Below are positions 45,750-54,038 of a stretch of DNA of 64,000 nucleotides, one piece after another. The stretch covers positions 13,404 to 77,403 of the forward strand of contig CAZVXF010000003.1 in assembly GCA_964630875.1 (NCBI GenBank), read 5' to 3'. How positions within the stretch are numbered: the stretch's first letter is position 1; every line of letters begins with the position of its first letter. This DNA comes from an uncultured bacterium (lineage in GTDB: Bacteria; Chlamydiota; Chlamydiia; Chlamydiales; SM23-39). The translations under genes and the position numbers were made by a program. A model generated the notes under the pieces. The model ran no database searches. It saw only the letters and a program-made list of their open reading frames with translations, and was not told where the DNA came from.

Positions 45750-46715
45750 ATGATTTTAGCAGGAGATATCGGCGGAACAAATACGCGCCTGGCATTTTTT
45801 GAAGGCAACACGATGATCGTTGAACAAAAATTTCGCAGTAAAAATTATCAAAGCCTTGAAGAGATCATTCACGTTTTTCTAGAACAACAAAAAAAAGAAT
45901 TTTCAAGTGCCTGTTTTGGTGTTGCAGGTCCTGTAGTGAATGGAAAATGCATCGCCACGAACTTGCCTTGGGTCATTGATGTTGCGAACCTACGCAGCGT
46001 ATGTAAAATTTCTTCCGTTTCCTTATTAAATGATCTAGAAACGAAATCGTACGGTATTCGTGTTTTAAGAAAAGATGAGCTATACGTTCTGCAAGAGGGT
46101 AAAAAACAATCAGGCAACCAGGCTTTAATTGCAGCAGGTACGGGCCTTGGAGAAGCGGGTCTGTATTGGGATGGAAAAGATCACCATCCATTTGCTTGTG
46201 AAGGTGGGCATACAGATTTTGCTCCCAGAAATGATCTTGAAATCGAGTTATTGATTTACTTACAGAAAAAATATCAGCACGTATCTTATGAACGGGTTGT
46301 GTCTGGACCTGGAATTCCCCTTCTTTATCAGTTTCTCATTGAAACTGGAAAAGAGATCCATTCAAAAGAAATAGAGAATGCGATGAAAGTAAAAGATGCT
46401 CCTTTTGTCATTGCTGAATGGGCACTAAAACATCAAGATCCTGCTTGTTTACGAACGATCCATTGGTTTTTATCCTTATATGGCGCGGAAACTGGAAATT
46501 TGGCACTCAAATTTTTATCGCTTGGAGGCATATATATAGGTGGTGGAATTGCCCCTAGCATGATTCAGCAAATGAGGGACGGTGAATTTCTCTCTTCATT
46601 TAGAAGTAAAGGAAGATTTCAAGAATTATTAGAATCGATCCCTGTTTTTGTCATCTTAAATGACGACGCTTCTCTTCTCGGTGCTGCTTACTACGCAAGC
46701 AAAGCGATCGTTTAG
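45750..46715 (+). CDS. glk: glucokinase
   Basis: ILAGDIGGTNTRLAFF, AAGTGLGEA, EGGH and GGIYIGGGIAP blocks. Confidence 0.88.
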   Translation: MILAGDIGGTNTRLAFFEGNTMIVEQKFRSKNYQSLEEIIHVFLEQQKKEFSSACFGVAGPVVNGKCIATNLPWVIDVANLRSVCKISSVSLLNDLETKSYGIRVLRKDELYVLQEGKKQSGNQALIAAGTGLGEAGLYWDGKDHHPFACEGGHTDFAPRNDLEIELLIYLQKKYQHVSYERVVSGPGIPLLYQFLIETGKEIHSKEIENAMKVKDAPFVIAEWALKHQDPACLRTIHWFLSLYGAETGNLALKFLSLGGIYIGGGIAPSMIQQMRDGEFLSSFRSKGRFQELLESIPVFVILNDDASLLGAAYYASKAIV

Positions 46716-46730
46716 AACAAAAAATCGCTG

Positions 46731-46768
46731 AAAATAAAAAACCAGGTTAAGCTTTTGGCCTAACCTGG
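46731..46768 (-). terminator. rho-independent terminator for the porin gene 46797..47909
   Basis: Stem CCAGGTTA/TAACCTGG with an 11-nt loop. On the minus strand it is followed by TTTTTTATTTT. Confidence 0.6.
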
Positions 46769-46796
46769 CAGAATTTCGATCAATTAAGATCTTCGA

Positions 46797-47909
46797 TTAG
46801 AAATCGACTCGTACTGTAAGAGTTAATCCTTGCATGTAGAGATTTCCATTCGGTGATACGCTGTTTACTACGAGCGCATCATTAAAGTGTCTAAACATGT
46901 TTTGATCAAAGAACACTTGGAATGAATAACCAGCTGAGAAATCAAGATACCAGTTATAGCAATCTAAGTAAGTACCCCAGCCAAAGCCAAGTTCAAGTTC
47001 CATATGTGGTCTGATCGCATTGTAGTCGTGTTGTCTAACAGCGAATGTTGCTGGGAAAAGACCGCCTCTTTCATCTGTTGATCTTAGCGATGTGTAACGT
47101 GTGAAAAGAATATCAGCAGCGCCGTTTCCGAAGATTCTAAAATCGTCACAGAAGATCCAGTTTGTAGCAAGACCCATGCGAGGACCTACAGCCCATGAAT
47201 GTGATTTTTTATGTACATCCAAGTCACCTGCTGCAGCAACAACTGGTACATCGTAATCTACATTAACGCTCTGACGGATCCATGCGCCTCTAACAGCGAT
47301 AAATGGACGGAAAGTAAGTTGTCTACCTACGTAGTAGCTTCTTCCCAATTCCCAATCCAGCAAGTCCATATGGAGTTTCCATCTTTCAGAAGCAGAACCG
47401 AACGCATCGTCAGATGAAGGCACACTCCAAAGAGGGAGAATGGAAGAATGATCATCTGCTTTAACAGACTCACTTGTATTTCCTCTGAACCATGTATATA
47501 CGATTTGAGAATCCCAGCTGTCATGATCAAAGTTCATGCCAATGCCAACTTTAAAGCCAGGCTCGAAATCTGCATTGAAATTTTTAACATGTCCATCAAT
47601 TGCAAGTCCTGAAGCTGTAGCAATTACGCCGATTTCCATATTGTTTTGTATTGGTTGCCAGTAAGTAAAGCTCGCTGAAACGTAAAGGTCCCAAGGGCAT
47701 TTTACTTCGATTCTTGCAGGAGCATTGTACGCGCAAGGAAGTTGCAGTTTTGGCATTTCTTCGCAGCATGGTTTAGGTGGGCAGCACATTTGTGGTACGC
47801 ATCTGTTGCCACAATCAGCAACCGCTTTACCATTTTGACCGAATACTGGTGTTGCAGCTATAACTAGCAGAGCAACAATCCATGATCCTGTTTTAGCAAG
47901 TAGATTCAT
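46797..47909 (-). CDS. outer-membrane beta-barrel porin with a short Cys-rich N-terminal segment
   Basis: Signal peptide, CGNRCVPQMCCPPKPCCEEMPKLQLPCAYNAPARIEVKCPWDLYVSASFTYWQP and C-terminal LTLTVRVDF. It is a paralog of 48430..50028. Start set at Met 47909 (SD GGAG). Confidence 0.7.
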   Translation of the reverse strand: MNLLAKTGSWIVALLVIAATPVFGQNGKAVADCGNRCVPQMCCPPKPCCEEMPKLQLPCAYNAPARIEVKCPWDLYVSASFTYWQPIQNNMEIGVIATASGLAIDGHVKNFNADFEPGFKVGIGMNFDHDSWDSQIVYTWFRGNTSESVKADDHSSILPLWSVPSSDDAFGSASERWKLHMDLLDWELGRSYYVGRQLTFRPFIAVRGAWIRQSVNVDYDVPVVAAAGDLDVHKKSHSWAVGPRMGLATNWIFCDDFRIFGNGAADILFTRYTSLRSTDERGGLFPATFAVRQHDYNAIRPHMELELGFGWGTYLDCYNWYLDFSAGYSFQVFFDQNMFRHFNDALVVNSVSPNGNLYMQGLTLTVRVDF

Positions 47910-48429
47910 TGTTATCTCCATTTTGGATTCTTTTTCATACGAGTCAGGGACTACGTATGAGATTTATGTTCACTTTTTGAATTTCTCAAGTTGAACAGCG
48001 GTTCACGAGTTCGTCACGAACAAATTCAATTTATAAATGGGATGTTAAAACCAAATTGAAAATTAAATCAAGCAGGAAATTTCTGGATTCGACGATTTGT
48101 CAATGGAAAAATGATTTTTTTTTCAGAGAAAGAATTCCTTATTCTGCTTTAACGATCGATTTTTTGCGCATTTAAGAGGCCTTATTTTTGGATATATAAT
48201 TGGCTCTTTTTGCCTTTTTCTTTCGATTTTCTGACCTTTTTTTTAGTTTTTTTAATGCCTAAAAATTGTTCATAAACTCTTGTAATGGAGTGCATTAATG
48301 ATGTAAAAAAAAATTTTGATGGAAAAATTATTTTTAATTGGTACTGTAGGGCTATGCCACACTCGGTCACAAAGTCCAAGCTTTATGACCCAGTGTGGTA
48401 TAGCTTAACTGTCCTAAAGGAGAATCAAA

Positions 48430-50028
48430 GTGAGTAAATTATTTTCACTAATCGCAGCTACTGTATTCGTCTCTTCGACGTTTTATGGTCAGCAGTATAA
48501 TAATGGACGCGATGCGAACGCATGTCCAGCACCGTGCCCTCCTCCAAGAGTAGAGTGCCCGGCACCAAAACCATGTCCGCCGCCACCATGTTGTCCTAAA
48601 GTGGAGTGCCCGGCACCAAAACCATGTCCACCATGTCCGGTCCCGTGCCCTCCACCGCCGTGCCCACCATGCCCACCATGCCCACCATGCCCACCATGCC
48701 CGGTACCTTGCCCACCGCCACCTTGCCCTCCATGTCCAAAAGTGGAATGTCCAAGACCGATGCCATGCCCAGTGCCATGCCCACCGCCACCTTGCCCTCC
48801 ATGTCCAAAAATGGAATGTCCAAGACCGATGCCATGCCCACCACCACCATGTGCGAAACCATGTCCTGCACCGTGCCCAGCACCAAAACCTGCGTGTCCA
48901 TGTGCTCCAAATCCGTGCAAAAAAACATGCCCATGTCCAAAACCTTGCCCATGCCCATGTCCTAAACAGTCATGTGCACAACCTTGTGCAAGACCTTGCC
49001 CAACACCATGTGCACCGGCTTGTCCAGTACCATGTGAGTGCTTAGAGCGCGGTTTGGAATTACCATTGGATACAACATGTTTCATGCCAGCTTATAACGC
49101 ACCAGCGAACATCTTTTTAAAAGATTGTCCTTGGGACGTTAGCGTTTGGGCAAGTTTCATCTACTGGCACGTCTCTGAAGAGGGATTGTCTGTTGCTAGA
49201 AGATTGCCTACAGCGTCAACAAATGGTGGACTAGTACAACCACATTTCCAATATAAGCCTGGTTTTAAAGTAGGGATTGGATTCAACACAGATTATGATG
49301 ATTGGGTTGTTGCATTAGAATATACATGGATGCACCAAACAACACATTCTCATACATCAACAGCATCAGTTGCGGCTCCTTTGAGCACACTCAACTGGAC
49401 AATTCCAAATAGTCTAGCTTTCCCGCTGACTGAGTCATCAGTTAGCTCACGTTGGAAAATGCATTTTGATCGTTTAGATTTTACAGTGGCACGTCCTTTC
49501 TATCAAGGAAAACGACTCACAGTCACTCCTTTCACAGGCTTAAGAGGCCAGTGGATTCGTCAAAGTCTTACAATCGATGGAGATGCTGACTTGTTAGGTA
49601 TCCTCTCATTTGATGATGATGTTCGCGTTCGTTCACATAGCTGGGCAGTTGGTCCTGTTGTTGGAGCAAACACACATTATCTCTTAGGTGCTGGATTCAG
49701 ATTTGAAGGGGTTGCTGCAGGTTCTATTGTATACACAAAATATACAAAAGTTCGTCAAAGCGAAACTTTCGGAGACTCAAGTTTTGGCTCACGTGTTGGC
49801 CATTTAGGTTTCTTGAGACCTACTGCTGAATTAGGACTTGGTTTCGGTTGGGGTTCATATCTTGGCTGCCAAGACTATTATATTGATTTGTCAGCACGTT
49901 ATGACTTCCACGTACTATGGGACCAAAACGTAATGGTTGAGTTCGTCAATGCAATGAATGGAGTTCCTGGAACAAATGGGAACCTCTATATGCACGGACT
50001 TACACTCACATTGCTCTTTGCATTCTAA
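48430..50028 (+). CDS. outer-membrane beta-barrel porin with a ~170-aa Cys-Pro repeat N-terminal extension
   Basis: GTG start after AAGGAG, then a signal peptide. Residues ~31-200 are almost entirely C/P (CPPCPPCPPCPPCPVPCPPPPC...). The barrel domain follows (MPAYNAPANIFLKDCPWDVSVWASFIYWH ... LTLTLLFAF). Confidence 0.75.
   Translation: MSKLFSLIAATVFVSSTFYGQQYNNGRDANACPAPCPPPRVECPAPKPCPPPPCCPKVECPAPKPCPPCPVPCPPPPCPPCPPCPPCPPCPVPCPPPPCPPCPKVECPRPMPCPVPCPPPPCPPCPKMECPRPMPCPPPPCAKPCPAPCPAPKPACPCAPNPCKKTCPCPKPCPCPCPKQSCAQPCARPCPTPCAPACPVPCECLERGLELPLDTTCFMPAYNAPANIFLKDCPWDVSVWASFIYWHVSEEGLSVARRLPTASTNGGLVQPHFQYKPGFKVGIGFNTDYDDWVVALEYTWMHQTTHSHTSTASVAAPLSTLNWTIPNSLAFPLTESSVSSRWKMHFDRLDFTVARPFYQGKRLTVTPFTGLRGQWIRQSLTIDGDADLLGILSFDDDVRVRSHSWAVGPVVGANTHYLLGAGFRFEGVAAGSIVYTKYTKVRQSETFGDSSFGSRVGHLGFLRPTAELGLGFGWGSYLGCQDYYIDLSARYDFHVLWDQNVMVEFVNAMNGVPGTNGNLYMHGLTLTLLFAF
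48550..48839. repeat. in-frame tandem repeats encoding Cys-Pro units (51-nt x2, 9-nt x4, 69-nt x2)
   Basis: gt(a/g)gagtgcccggcaccaaaaccatgtcc occurs at 48550 and 48601. tgcccacca x4 starts at 48661. A 62-nt block at 48709 repeats at 48778 with one mismatch. Confidence 0.85.
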
Positions 50029-50044
50029 TTAGTTAAGTTCGTTT

Positions 50045-50081
50045 AGGACCGCTTTTTCGGAGGCGGTCCTTTCTTTTTTTC
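50045..50081 (+). terminator. rho-independent terminator
   Basis: AGGACCGC-tttttcggag-GCGGTCCT followed by TTCTTTTTTTC, 17 nt after the porin stop. Confidence 0.8.
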
Positions 50082-50106
50082 TGTTGTTTCTCTATTCTCT
50101 TTGTTC

Positions 50107-51639
50107 ATGAAATACTTGATTATTTTTTCCCTGCTTCTTGTAGGATGTACTAAAAAAGAACCACCTGTCTCTCAACAGACAGTGCATTTAAGCATTCAAG
50201 CTGAACCCTCTTCTTTAGATCCAAGAAAAGCGCGTGATCTAGATAGCAATGTGATTTTGCGTATGCTTTTTGAAGGGCTTGTTCGAGAAAACAAATACGG
50301 AACAATTGAGCCCGCTCTTGCTGAAAAGATTGAAACCAATGAAGATGGAACACAGTTTATTTTTCATCTTAGAAATGCGAATTGGTCGAATGGGACGTCA
50401 ATTACGGCCAAAGATGTTGTTTTTACATGGACTTCCATCTTAGATCCTAAATTTCCAAGCGATGTTGCGTATCATCTTTATTCGATTAAAAATGCAAAAA
50501 AAGTGAAATTAGGCGAACTGCCTGCTTCAATGCTAGGGGTTACAGCGATCGATGATCATACACTTTCTGTGCAGCTCGAACAGACAACACCATACTTTTT
50601 AGAGCTTTTGACTTTGCCTGTTTTTTTCCCAGTATCTGAAGAGATTGTGAAATCAAATCCAAACTGGGCGCTTCAATCCAGTACTTTTGTTTCGAATGGC
50701 CCTTTTAAAGTCGGTCACTGGGTTCATGCTGACCAAATCCAATTGGTTAAAAATGAACAGTACTGGGAATCAAATATCGTCCAATTAAATCGCATAGATT
50801 TATGTGTTGTCACCTCGGATACGGGCTTAAGAATGTTTGAGGAGAATAAACTGGATTGGATGGGCTCTCCTCTTTCTACACTTCCGGTCGATGCGATAAC
50901 AACTCTCAAGGACGTGCAAAAAAGTCCATTTCTAGCGACAGGCTTTTGTCGCTTGAATGTATTAAGTGGTCCTTTATCGGACCGACAATTTAGACGTGCC
51001 TTGGCATTGAGTGTTGATCGAAAAGCGATTGTAGAGCATTTGTTGAGAGGCGGCCAAACCGTTGCGACAAGCCTTGTTCCGAAAGAGATGGGTATCAGCG
51101 AAGGTTACTTCGAGCCTTGTTTGGTTGAAGCAAGAGCGATCATCAGTGAAATCGAAGAACCCATTGCTCCGGTTGTGATTAGCTATTATAACAACGAAAG
51201 AAATACTCTGATCGCTCAGACTTTACAAAGACAGTGGCAAGAGAATTTAAATATCAAAGTTGAGATAGAAGCAGTTGAGCCAAAAGTATTTTTCCAAAAA
51301 ATCTCTCAGAAAAATTATCAAATAGCCATTGGATCTTGGACCGCTGATTTTAATGATCCGATTAATTTTCTTGAGGTCTTTAAGTCGAAAGACAATGGAA
51401 CCAATAATACGGGGTGGGAAAATCTCGATTATATCGATCTCTTAAATCGATCTGCGATATGCACCGATAAAGAGGAAAGAAAGCGAATTTTACATAGTGC
51501 AGAAAAGATATTAATGGATGAAATGCCAATCATTCCAATCTATCATTTCGCATTAAACTATGTAAAAAATGAGGCTCTCACAGGAGTCTATTTGTCTCCG
51601 CAAGGGCATTTAGACCTTCGCACAGCTTCCTTACGGTAA
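50107..51639 (+). CDS. oppA: ABC transporter substrate-binding lipoprotein, peptide/nickel (family 5, OppA-like)
   Basis: Lipobox LLLVGC and family-5 SBP blocks (LDPRKARDLDS, LFEGLVR, ITAKDVVFTW, GPFKV..W). ATG at 50107. Confidence 0.8.
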   Translation: MKYLIIFSLLLVGCTKKEPPVSQQTVHLSIQAEPSSLDPRKARDLDSNVILRMLFEGLVRENKYGTIEPALAEKIETNEDGTQFIFHLRNANWSNGTSITAKDVVFTWTSILDPKFPSDVAYHLYSIKNAKKVKLGELPASMLGVTAIDDHTLSVQLEQTTPYFLELLTLPVFFPVSEEIVKSNPNWALQSSTFVSNGPFKVGHWVHADQIQLVKNEQYWESNIVQLNRIDLCVVTSDTGLRMFEENKLDWMGSPLSTLPVDAITTLKDVQKSPFLATGFCRLNVLSGPLSDRQFRRALALSVDRKAIVEHLLRGGQTVATSLVPKEMGISEGYFEPCLVEARAIISEIEEPIAPVVISYYNNERNTLIAQTLQRQWQENLNIKVEIEAVEPKVFFQKISQKNYQIAIGSWTADFNDPINFLEVFKSKDNGTNNTGWENLDYIDLLNRSAICTDKEERKRILHSAEKILMDEMPIIPIYHFALNYVKNEALTGVYLSPQGHLDLRTASLR

Positions 51640-51648
51640 TTCTAGAGG

Positions 51649-51676
51649 GAACAGGATAAGAAAAATTATCCTGTTC
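51649..51676 (+). terminator. hairpin downstream of oppA (possible terminator)
   Basis: GAACAGGATA-agaaaaat-TATCCTGTTC. There is no clear T-tract afterwards. Confidence 0.4.
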
Positions 51677-51719
51677 TATGCTTCTTGCAAAAATTCGGCT
51701 TATTAATTAATTTGCGGAT

Positions 51720-52121
51720 ATGTACAAACTATGGATATTCCTTCTTCCATTTTTTCTTTTTGCTGGTACTGAAAACGGTACAGTACTTTTATATAATGAT
51801 TCTCCGTTTATTCTGACTGCAATTATTCAGGCTTCCGATGGTACTTATTTGGGAGAAATGACCCTACAGCCAAATGAGCAGAAAAATTTTACACAGCATC
51901 TTGCTCCAACACAATATATTCACCCAGGCAGACCAGATGTCTCTTTAACCCCTTATGTAGTGATTTGGCAATGTCCATCTCAAGGATTTTATTCAATGTG
52001 TAATCGAGTATCTCCGGGAGCTATGGTGCGTGCAAATGATTGCCAAGGTCTTCAATATTGTAGCCCGAAGCAGGAAAGAGAACAAAAGCCTGCCTCTACG
52101 TTGAAGCGAAAGCCTCAGTAG
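51720..52121 (+). CDS. secreted hypothetical protein
   Basis: 133-aa ORF with signal peptide MYKLWIFLLPFFLFAG. Confidence 0.45.
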   Translation: MYKLWIFLLPFFLFAGTENGTVLLYNDSPFILTAIIQASDGTYLGEMTLQPNEQKNFTQHLAPTQYIHPGRPDVSLTPYVVIWQCPSQGFYSMCNRVSPGAMVRANDCQGLQYCSPKQEREQKPASTLKRKPQ

Positions 52122-52140
52122 AGAGGGATGAGAATTGGTA

Positions 52141-53394
52141 TTATTCGACGGCTTCGCCTTTTGCGTAATTTGTCTTACGTAAAAAGACTCCATTCTCATC
52201 ATATAGAGTGGCAATTCCATTGCCGTTCAGAACCGATGAGATCGAATCGAGCGCATTTTTCTTATAATATTGCCCTTTGACGAGCTTATCTTCATCGTAT
52301 TCTTCGACGAGCATCAGCGAGCCATCGCGGTACCAAGATAGAGAGGGGCCCATTTTTTTGTTATGGCAATAATCTCTTTGGCTTTGAAGTTGGCCATTAT
52401 CATACCAAGTTTTGACTGTTCCATGAATGCCATTATCATGCCAATTCACAGACAATTTAGGGACAGGGACTTTGCTGTTGGTTTCAGATAAACGATAGTA
52501 CATTGTCTCGGTTCCTGTTTTTTTCTCATTTTTAATCGTGTACGTAGAGATCAAGTCCCCTTTTGGGCTAAACTGTTTAACCCCTCCTTGCGCAAATCCT
52601 TGTTGAATTTGGACAAGATGAGTGAGATTGTCGCCTTCAAAAATGGCACGAGAACCATTTCCATCTAATACGTCACAAATTGTTTCTTTAGAGAGATTAA
52701 AATAGGTTCCGTTAATGAGAAGATTCTCTCGATATTCTTCCTCCCAGGCAATGTCTTTAGTGGAGTAAAAACCTTGAGATTTTCCCTCCAACATTCCCTT
52801 TTTATAGGATGTTTTTGAACGGATTTCTCCATTAGGGAAGTATTCAAAAGAGATTCCATCGAGTAGGTGATTTGTGTAGGGTTGCTCTTTTTGAAGAGAG
52901 CCAGAAGGATAATAGTGAAAACTTTTCCCCTCAAGCGCTCCATTTCTGTATGGCAAGCTTGCCAATAATTGACCTTGATCAGTCCAAACTTGGCAAATGC
53001 CCTCAAATAACCACTCTTTTTGTGCAGCTTGAGTCACATCAGCAGGCCCGCCGATAACAATTGCTTCAATTCTTTGCTGCCCATTTGGATACCATTCACG
53101 GTAGCAACCATTGGCTCTTAATTCTTCAGCCTCTAAGTACTGCCATACAGTCCCATTGGGGTGATAAGTCGTAATTTTAGATTGGCTTTTCCCATTATTT
53201 CGATACACTCTAAGTACTTTTTTATACGGCTGAGCAGAGAGAAAATTTGTCCTGCAATACGTTTCAAGCTTATCGCTTGAATTGATTGTTTCTGTCAGGC
53301 CATTCCTGTCTTGGATCTGAATGGCAACCATTGTTTCTTCTTTGGCTCGATAACAACTAGAAAAAAGCAGGATGAATACAATGAATATTCTCAT
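52141..53394 (-). CDS. MORN-variant (YwqK-type) repeat protein, exported, possibly a lipoprotein
   Basis: The signal peptide ends LLFSSC. There are many repeats of the type Y(Y/H)PNG.....(Y/F)..G...G (e.g. TYHPNGTVWQY, EWYPNGQQRIE, YYPSGSLQKEQ, EYFPNGEIRSK). Confidence 0.7.
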   Translation of the reverse strand: MRIFIVFILLFSSCYRAKEETMVAIQIQDRNGLTETINSSDKLETYCRTNFLSAQPYKKVLRVYRNNGKSQSKITTYHPNGTVWQYLEAEELRANGCYREWYPNGQQRIEAIVIGGPADVTQAAQKEWLFEGICQVWTDQGQLLASLPYRNGALEGKSFHYYPSGSLQKEQPYTNHLLDGISFEYFPNGEIRSKTSYKKGMLEGKSQGFYSTKDIAWEEEYRENLLINGTYFNLSKETICDVLDGNGSRAIFEGDNLTHLVQIQQGFAQGGVKQFSPKGDLISTYTIKNEKKTGTETMYYRLSETNSKVPVPKLSVNWHDNGIHGTVKTWYDNGQLQSQRDYCHNKKMGPSLSWYRDGSLMLVEEYDEDKLVKGQYYKKNALDSISSVLNGNGIATLYDENGVFLRKTNYAKGEAVE

Positions 53395-54038
53395 GGTTCA
53401 AATTCTCGTTTTAGGAATTGCATGTCAACTTCAAGAGTGTTTGTTTTTAAAGGTGTCTGTTTTGTTTCAATTCGAAAGTCAGTAATGATGATTTGAGGGC
53501 GGCTTTCCTCTTTCCAATCACTTACGATGGGTATATCTTCCACGATTGCCAAAAGATTTTTAATGTCTTCTTCATTCATTTGAACTGGATGACGCTGTTT
53601 TTCTTCTGTTTCTTTGATGGATCCATTGGAACGAATGGCCTCTTCTGTAAAGCTTAAACGATTGGCTCCTTTCGTTAAAAAATCAAGTCTCGCTTCAATT
53701 GGTTTTTTGTCAGATAAAGCTGGATGATGAAGGATTTTCCTTAACTCTTCAATTTCCGGTTTTGAAAACGTGAAAGACTCAATATATTCGTCTAAAAAGT
53801 ACGGATCTGCGTTTGTATGTCGTTTGATAAAGCGTTCTTTTTTCTGCTTTCTTTTTAAAGCCACTTTCCCTTTTTTACAGGTAGCTGAAAAAAGTTCCTC
53901 AAAATTTTTCATTTTATTGTACTGAATGAAGGAATACAACGAGCCTAAGATGATCGGAAGAGCTAGAGCAATATAAAAAAGCAAAGGCCTTTTTTGAGAA
54001 AAGCAAAATTTACCAAGGCGCTCAAGCATTTTTTTCAT
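53391..54038 (-). CDS. single-pass membrane protein (GspM/PilO-like position)
   Basis: 215 aa with an N-terminal TM (LLFYIALALPIILGSLYSFI). It overlaps both neighbours, by 17 nt on one side and by ATGA on the other. Confidence 0.35.
   Translation of the reverse strand: MKKMLERLGKFCFSQKRPLLFYIALALPIILGSLYSFIQYNKMKNFEELFSATCKKGKVALKRKQKKERFIKRHTNADPYFLDEYIESFTFSKPEIEELRKILHHPALSDKKPIEARLDFLTKGANRLSFTEEAIRSNGSIKETEEKQRHPVQMNEEDIKNLLAIVEDIPIVSDWKEESRPQIIITDFRIETKQTPLKTNTLEVDMQFLKREFEP

Noticed and set aside
48182-48379. 65-aa Lys-rich minus-strand ORF in the porin intergenic region
   Set aside because: It is a translation of poly-A/T tracts (KKTKKKVRKSKEKGKK). It is more likely promoter or leader DNA than a gene.
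48489-49085. Long reverse-strand and alternative-frame ORFs across the Cys-Pro region (Gly/His-rich 198 aa, Met/Gly/Val-rich 120 aa, Met/Pro/Thr-rich 119 aa)
   Set aside because: They are mirror-frame artefacts of the CCN/TGC repeat. Only the plus-strand frame has an SD and GTG start, a signal peptide and continuity into a conserved beta-barrel domain.
52141-53394. Possible toxin-antitoxin element, since the MORN-variant repeat family is often auto-annotated as YwqK antitoxin
   Set aside because: There is no toxin partner. The protein is 417 aa with an export signal and many repeats, consistent with a structural or exported repeat protein rather than a TA antitoxin.
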